Source: Thermoanaerobaculia bacterium
GTDB taxonomy: Bacteria; Acidobacteriota; Thermoanaerobaculia; Multivoradales; JAIOJS01
Length of the DNA stretch: 64,000 nt
Assembly: GCA_963837455.1 (NCBI GenBank)
Contig: CAWINM010000015.1
Span: 384-64,383 of the forward strand
Direction: 5' to 3'
Positions 60,343 through 64,000 of the stretch are shown here, piece by piece. Position numbers and translations under genes: made by a program. Below the pieces are notes generated by a model, which had not been told where the DNA came from, made no database searches, and was given only the letters and a program-made list of their open reading frames with translations. Within the stretch, counting starts at the first letter, position 1, and each line of letters starts with the position of its first letter.

Positions 60343-60369
60343 GCGTACGACCACGGACGCCGGCGTACG
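60343..60369. promoter_or_regulatory. candidate enhancer (UAS): two GCGTACG sites 20 bp apart
   Basis: GCGTACG occurs at 60343-60349 and 60363-60369, each containing the CGTACG palindrome. The sites lie about 50-80 bp upstream of the -24 element. Confidence 0.3.
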
Positions 60370-60446
60370 GAAGCGGACGGCGACGGCGCCGACCGGCCCA
60401 TGGCTTGCACGAGGGATCGACGGCCGATAACAAGGGAGGACCAGCC

Positions 60447-60809
60447 ATGGCAAATCCGTTCGTCCACATCGAGCTGACCACCGACGACGTCGAGAAGGCG
60501 AAGCAGTTCTACGGCGCGCTCTTCGAGTGGGAGCTCAAAGACGTCCCGGAGATGAGCTACGTCACCGTCGGCGTCGGCAGCGGCACCGGCGGCGGCATGA
60601 TGAAGAAGCCGATGCCCGAGATCCCGACGCAGTGGATGCCGTACGTCGAGGTCGCCGACTGCCGGGCCTCGACCGCCAAGGCGCGCTCGCTGGGCGCCGT
60701 CGTCGGCATCGACTGCAACCAGATCCCCGGCATGGGCACCTTCAGCATCATCGTCGACCCCACCGGGGCCCGGCTGGGGCTGTGGGAAACTGCGCGGCCG
60801 CCGAAGTGA
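60447..60809 (+). CDS. VOC family (glyoxalase-fold) protein
   Basis: AGGGAGGA RBS. MANPFVHIELTTDDVEKAKQFYGALFEWEL......GGGMM......W.PYVEV.D......KA..LGA......IPGMG.F.I..DP.GA..GLWE. Confidence 0.8.
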   Translation: MANPFVHIELTTDDVEKAKQFYGALFEWELKDVPEMSYVTVGVGSGTGGGMMKKPMPEIPTQWMPYVEVADCRASTAKARSLGAVVGIDCNQIPGMGTFSIIVDPTGARLGLWETARPPK

Positions 60810-60857
60810 CGGCGGCGATCGCTGCACCCGGCCGGCTTCTCGGCTAGGCTCCGTCTC

Positions 60858-62539
60858 ATGCGACGAAGCAACGCCGTCTTGGCGTGGGCTCTGACCTCAT
60901 CGCTGGCCGCGGTCGCGGCGGCCCAGACAGCCACCGCGCCGCCGCCGGCCCCGTTCGTTGCCAGCGTCGACGTCGAGCTGGTGGAGGTGGAGGTCTTCGT
61001 CAGCGACGGCCATGGCGCGCCCGTCACCGGCCTCTCCCCGCAGGACTTCGTGCTGCGCGTCGACGGCGAGCCGCGGGAGATCGCCGGCTTCTTCGAGGCC
61101 GCCCCGCGAGCGGAGCTGTCGACGGCGACGGTGACAACGGTGCCGGCGCCTGCCGAGCCGGGGGCGCCGGCACAGGCAGCGCCACCGCCGCCGCCGGAGC
61201 AGCAGATGTCCCTGGTGGTGCTCCTCGACGAGCTCCACCTCCAGCCGGCCGGCCGCAAGCGCACCCTGGACCGCCTCGCCGCGTTGCTCGAGCGAGCGCA
61301 TGGCTGCCGGCGACAAGGTGATGATCGCCACCCTCGACCGCTCGCTGGTGGTGCGCCGGGGCTTCGACGCCACCGGGCCGCTGGACGCCGACCTCGCAAA
61401 GATCGCCAAGCACGCCCCCGGCGGCATCCACACCGAGGTCGAGCGCCGCCTGACGATGTCGCAGATCCGCGACCTCTACGCCGACCGCGGCTGCGAGGCG
61501 GTCGGCGAGATGCAGGCCCTCGCGGCTTCCTGGACCCAGGACGTCGATCGCCAGACCCGCGCCACGCTGTCGACGCTGCAGGCGCTGCTCGAGAGCCTCG
61601 GCGGTCGCAGCGGCAGGAAAGCGCTGCTCTACGTCACCGAGGGGCTGCCCCTCAACCCCGGCCTCGAGGCCCAGCTGCTCATCGGCGAGCTCTGCGGCGG
61701 CAACCCCGACCCCTCCACCGGCCTCGTCGGGCCGCTCGAGCGCGTCAGTCGTGCCGCCAACGCCGCCCAGGTGACGCTCTACACCCTCGACGCCGGCGGC
61801 CAGCGGGTGCTCGCGTCTGCCGAGAGCGCGGGGCCCGGGCTCGCTCTCGCCAATCAGGCGAACGTCCGCTCCGACAGCCAGGACCCCGCCTTCGCGCTCG
61901 CCACCGACACCGGCGGCAAAGCGCTGCTCGAAAGCAACCGTCCCGAGCTGCTGCTCGCCGATCTCGCCCAGGACCTCACCGCCTACTACTCGATCGCCTT
62001 CACGCCGCGGCCGGGGGACGCCGGCCGCGCCCATCACATCCGCGTCGAGGTGAAGCGACCCGGTGTGCGGGTGCGCCACCGTTCGAGCTGGGACCCGGCG
62101 ACGCCGGAGGACCAGCTCAACGGCCGCGTGCTCGCCGCCCTGCACTTCGGCGGCGAGGACGCCAACCCGCTGCAAGCGCGCCTCGAGGCCGGCCCTCCCC
62201 ACCGCGAGGCGGACGGCAGCTTCACGGTCGTCTCTGCGGCTGCTACTGCCGGCGAGCGCCCTCACCCTGATACCGCAGGGTGCGCGCCGCCAGGGCAGCC
62301 TGCGCGTGCTGCTGGCGGTGGAGGACGGCGCCGGCCGCACCACCCCCGTCCGCGCCCTGCCGCTGCCCGTGGACCTCCCCGCCCCCGCCGAGGGGCAGGC
62401 CGACGCCGCCACCGTGCCACTCGAGGTCCGCCTCAAGCTGCGGCAGGGGCGCAACACCATCGCCCTGGCGGTGCACGACGAGGTGGGCCAGGAGACCAGC
62501 GTGGTGCGGCGGCAGGTGACCGTGGGCGGCGCCGGGTAG
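60858..62539 (+). pseudogene. VWFA-related (TIGR03436-like) secreted protein, two frame switches
   Basis: Signal peptide, then FVASVDVELVEVEVFVSD..G.PV.GL...DF.L.VDG (ORF 60858..). VMIATLD....ALLYVTEGLPL.., YTLDAGG, and YYSIAFTP......HHIRVEVKRPGVRVRHR (61300..). ..LRVLLAVED....VHDEVGQETSVVRRQVTV (62063..2539). Confidence 0.7.
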
Positions 62540-62711
62540 CTGGGGCCGCGATAGCCGTCCCCACCGCTGTTTCGGCCTCGGCTCACCCAGCGCGCGTGCC
62601 GCGCGACGCAAAGTAGGGAGGTTGGCCGGCTCGACATCGCGCCTCCCACCGACGCAGGCCGGGGGGCCCTGCCAATGCGCTAGAGTCTCTAACTAGATTC
62701 CAGAGGGTGAG

Positions 62712-64000
62712 GTGCTCGGTCCGCCTACCGGTTTCTGGGGGAAGCTCGAGAGCGTCAACGGTGTCGCCGTCGCCTGGCACCCGCTCGCTCATCACTGCGC
62801 CGACGTTGCGGCGTGCTGCGAGGCGCTGCTCGAGCAAACGCTCTTGCGACAACGCCTTGCGCGCACCGCAGGGCTCTACGACCTCTCACCGATTCAGGTC
62901 GCAAGGCTGTGCTCGCTCGCAGCCTTTCATGACCTGGGCAAGTTCAATCGTGGCTTCCAGAACAAGGCATTCCCGGGTCGAACGCCGTGGGCCGGGCATC
63001 TCGCCGAGTTTCTAGCGCTTCTCGACGGCACCTGCTCCGATACCGCCAACCGAGAGCGTCTCGCTGGAGCGTTCCCCTTCCCCGAAGTGAGCGCGTGGGG
63101 AGACGACCTGCTCGGTCTCTTCGTTGCAACCATCAGCCACCATGGTCGGCCGGTGCAACCTGAGCCCCGGCACTGCGACCGATCGCCAGAGTGCTGGACG
63201 CCCGGCGAGGATGTCGATCCGTTCGCTGGAATTTCAGAGCTCGTCGCCCTGGTGCGGACCTGGTTCCCCGAGGCCTGGGCCGAGAACGGCGAACAATTGC
63301 CCACCTCCCCACCGTTCCAGCATGCATGGTGCGGGTTGCTGACTCTCGCGGACTGGTTGGGATCTGACAGTCGCCCCGGATTCTTCCCGTTTGGCGACGT
63401 CAGTTGCGATCGCATGGCCTTCGCCCGCGAGCGCGCCACCCAACGGCTCCGTGATCTCGGCCTCGACGCGACATCGGCCCGTCGGGCTCTCGGGGCCGAT
63501 TCGCCTGGCTACGAGCGCGTGCTCGGTGTGGTCTCGCCGCGACCGGCGCAGTTGCGAATGCTCGATCTCCGATGTTCGCCAGTCGGGGCCGTGGTCGTCC
63601 TCGAGGCACCGACAGGCTCGGGCAAGACAGAAGCCGCGCTCGCCCACTTCCTTCGGCTCTTTCACGCAGGCTTGGTGGATGGCATGTACTTCGCGCTTCC
63701 GACGCGGGCCGCCGCAAGCCAGATCTATGAGCGGGTCTACTCCGCTGCGCGCTACGCCTTCGGAGACGCGGCCCCGCCCGTGGTACAGGCTGTGACGGGC
63801 TACATCAAAGCCGATGGGGTCGTGGGAGTCCCTCTGCCACCCTTCACTGTCCTCTGGCCCGACGACCCGGCGGACCGCCTGCATGCCCGTGGATGGGCCG
63901 CGGAGAACCCCAAACGGTTTCTCGCCGGTTCGATCGTCGTCGGCACCATCGACCAGGTGCTGCTGTCGACCCTCAAGGTGCGCCACGCGCACCTGCGCAG
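62712..64000 (+). CDS. cas3: CRISPR-associated nuclease/helicase Cas3 (type I-E-like), 5' part only. Runs off the window, with a possible 1-nt insertion near 63960.
   Basis: Frame 0 is open from TAG 62694 to the window end. GTG 62712 is preceded by GAGGGTGAG. FWGKL..WHPLAHHCADVAA, FHDLGKFNRGFQNK, SHHGRP, LADWLGSD, LEAPTGSGKTE, FALPTRAAASQIYERV and GTIDQV(c)LLSTLKVRHAHLR. Not listed in the supplied ORF track because no stop falls within the window. Confidence 0.85.
   Translation, partial: MLGPPTGFWGKLESVNGVAVAWHPLAHHCADVAACCEALLEQTLLRQRLARTAGLYDLSPIQVARLCSLAAFHDLGKFNRGFQNKAFPGRTPWAGHLAEFLALLDGTCSDTANRERLAGAFPFPEVSAWGDDLLGLFVATISHHGRPVQPEPRHCDRSPECWTPGEDVDPFAGISELVALVRTWFPEAWAENGEQLPTSPPFQHAWCGLLTLADWLGSDSRPGFFPFGDVSCDRMAFARERATQRLRDLGLDATSARRALGADSPGYERVLGVVSPRPAQLRMLDLRCSPVGAVVVLEAPTGSGKTEAALAHFLRLFHAGLVDGMYFALPTRAAASQIYERVYSAARYAFGDAAPPVVQAVTGYIKADGVVGVPLPPFTVLWPDDPADRLHARGWAAENPKRFLAGSIVVGTIDQVLLSTLKVRHAHLR

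Noticed and set aside
57019-60477. 1152-aa plus-strand ORF, the longest in the track
   Set aside because: It is antisense to four well-supported genes (FtsX permease, ABC ATPase, HlyD adaptor). It has no motifs and extreme Arg/Gly/Ala/Glu content, so it is a GC-driven open frame.
62540-62711. Search for a CRISPR array or leader directly upstream of cas3
   Set aside because: No 28-37-nt direct repeats are visible in this spacer or elsewhere in the window. Any array must lie beyond the window.

Overview
This is a very GC-rich (about 70%) bacterial chromosomal segment. A VWFA-related TIGR03436-like protein, FtsX/MacB-type efflux genes next to an NtrC-type regulator, and an IPTL-CTERM subtilase suggest an Acidobacteriota-like lineage; that placement is inference only.

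Gene content from left to right:
- A LytTR regulator tail followed by cytochrome c and cytochrome b561.
- A scrambled fragment zone, then a secreted beta-helix protein.
- An AhpD/CMD-family gene with an in-frame TGA at its redox Cys position and a SECIS-like hairpin, making it a candidate selenoprotein.
- A serine hydrolase, dodecin, DUF937, a LysM protein, and a TPR/PMT-like membrane protein.
- A tandem AAA+ ATPase with a coiled-coil membrane partner.
- A heavily frame-broken pspA plus ABC transporter block, including a substrate-binding protein fused to an OmpA domain.
- A kinase / receiver / hybrid-kinase phosphorelay, then an atypical NarL-type regulator.
- An NCS2 permease, Sbp, a GGDEF protein, and a large subtilase.
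- A trehalose/alpha-glucan supercluster: glgP, otsBA, glgE, treS-mak, glgB and a GH13 alpha-glucosidase.
- A HlyD/ABC/FtsX efflux operon with its own two-component genes, preceded by a consensus sigma54 promoter.
- The 5' 1.3 kb of a type I-E-like cas3 that runs off the window and is absent from the supplied ORF track.

About 50 frame switches are concentrated in some blocks and absent from others. No rRNA, tRNA, CRISPR array or intact mobile element was seen. Most long ORFs antisense to these genes are GC-driven shadow ORFs.
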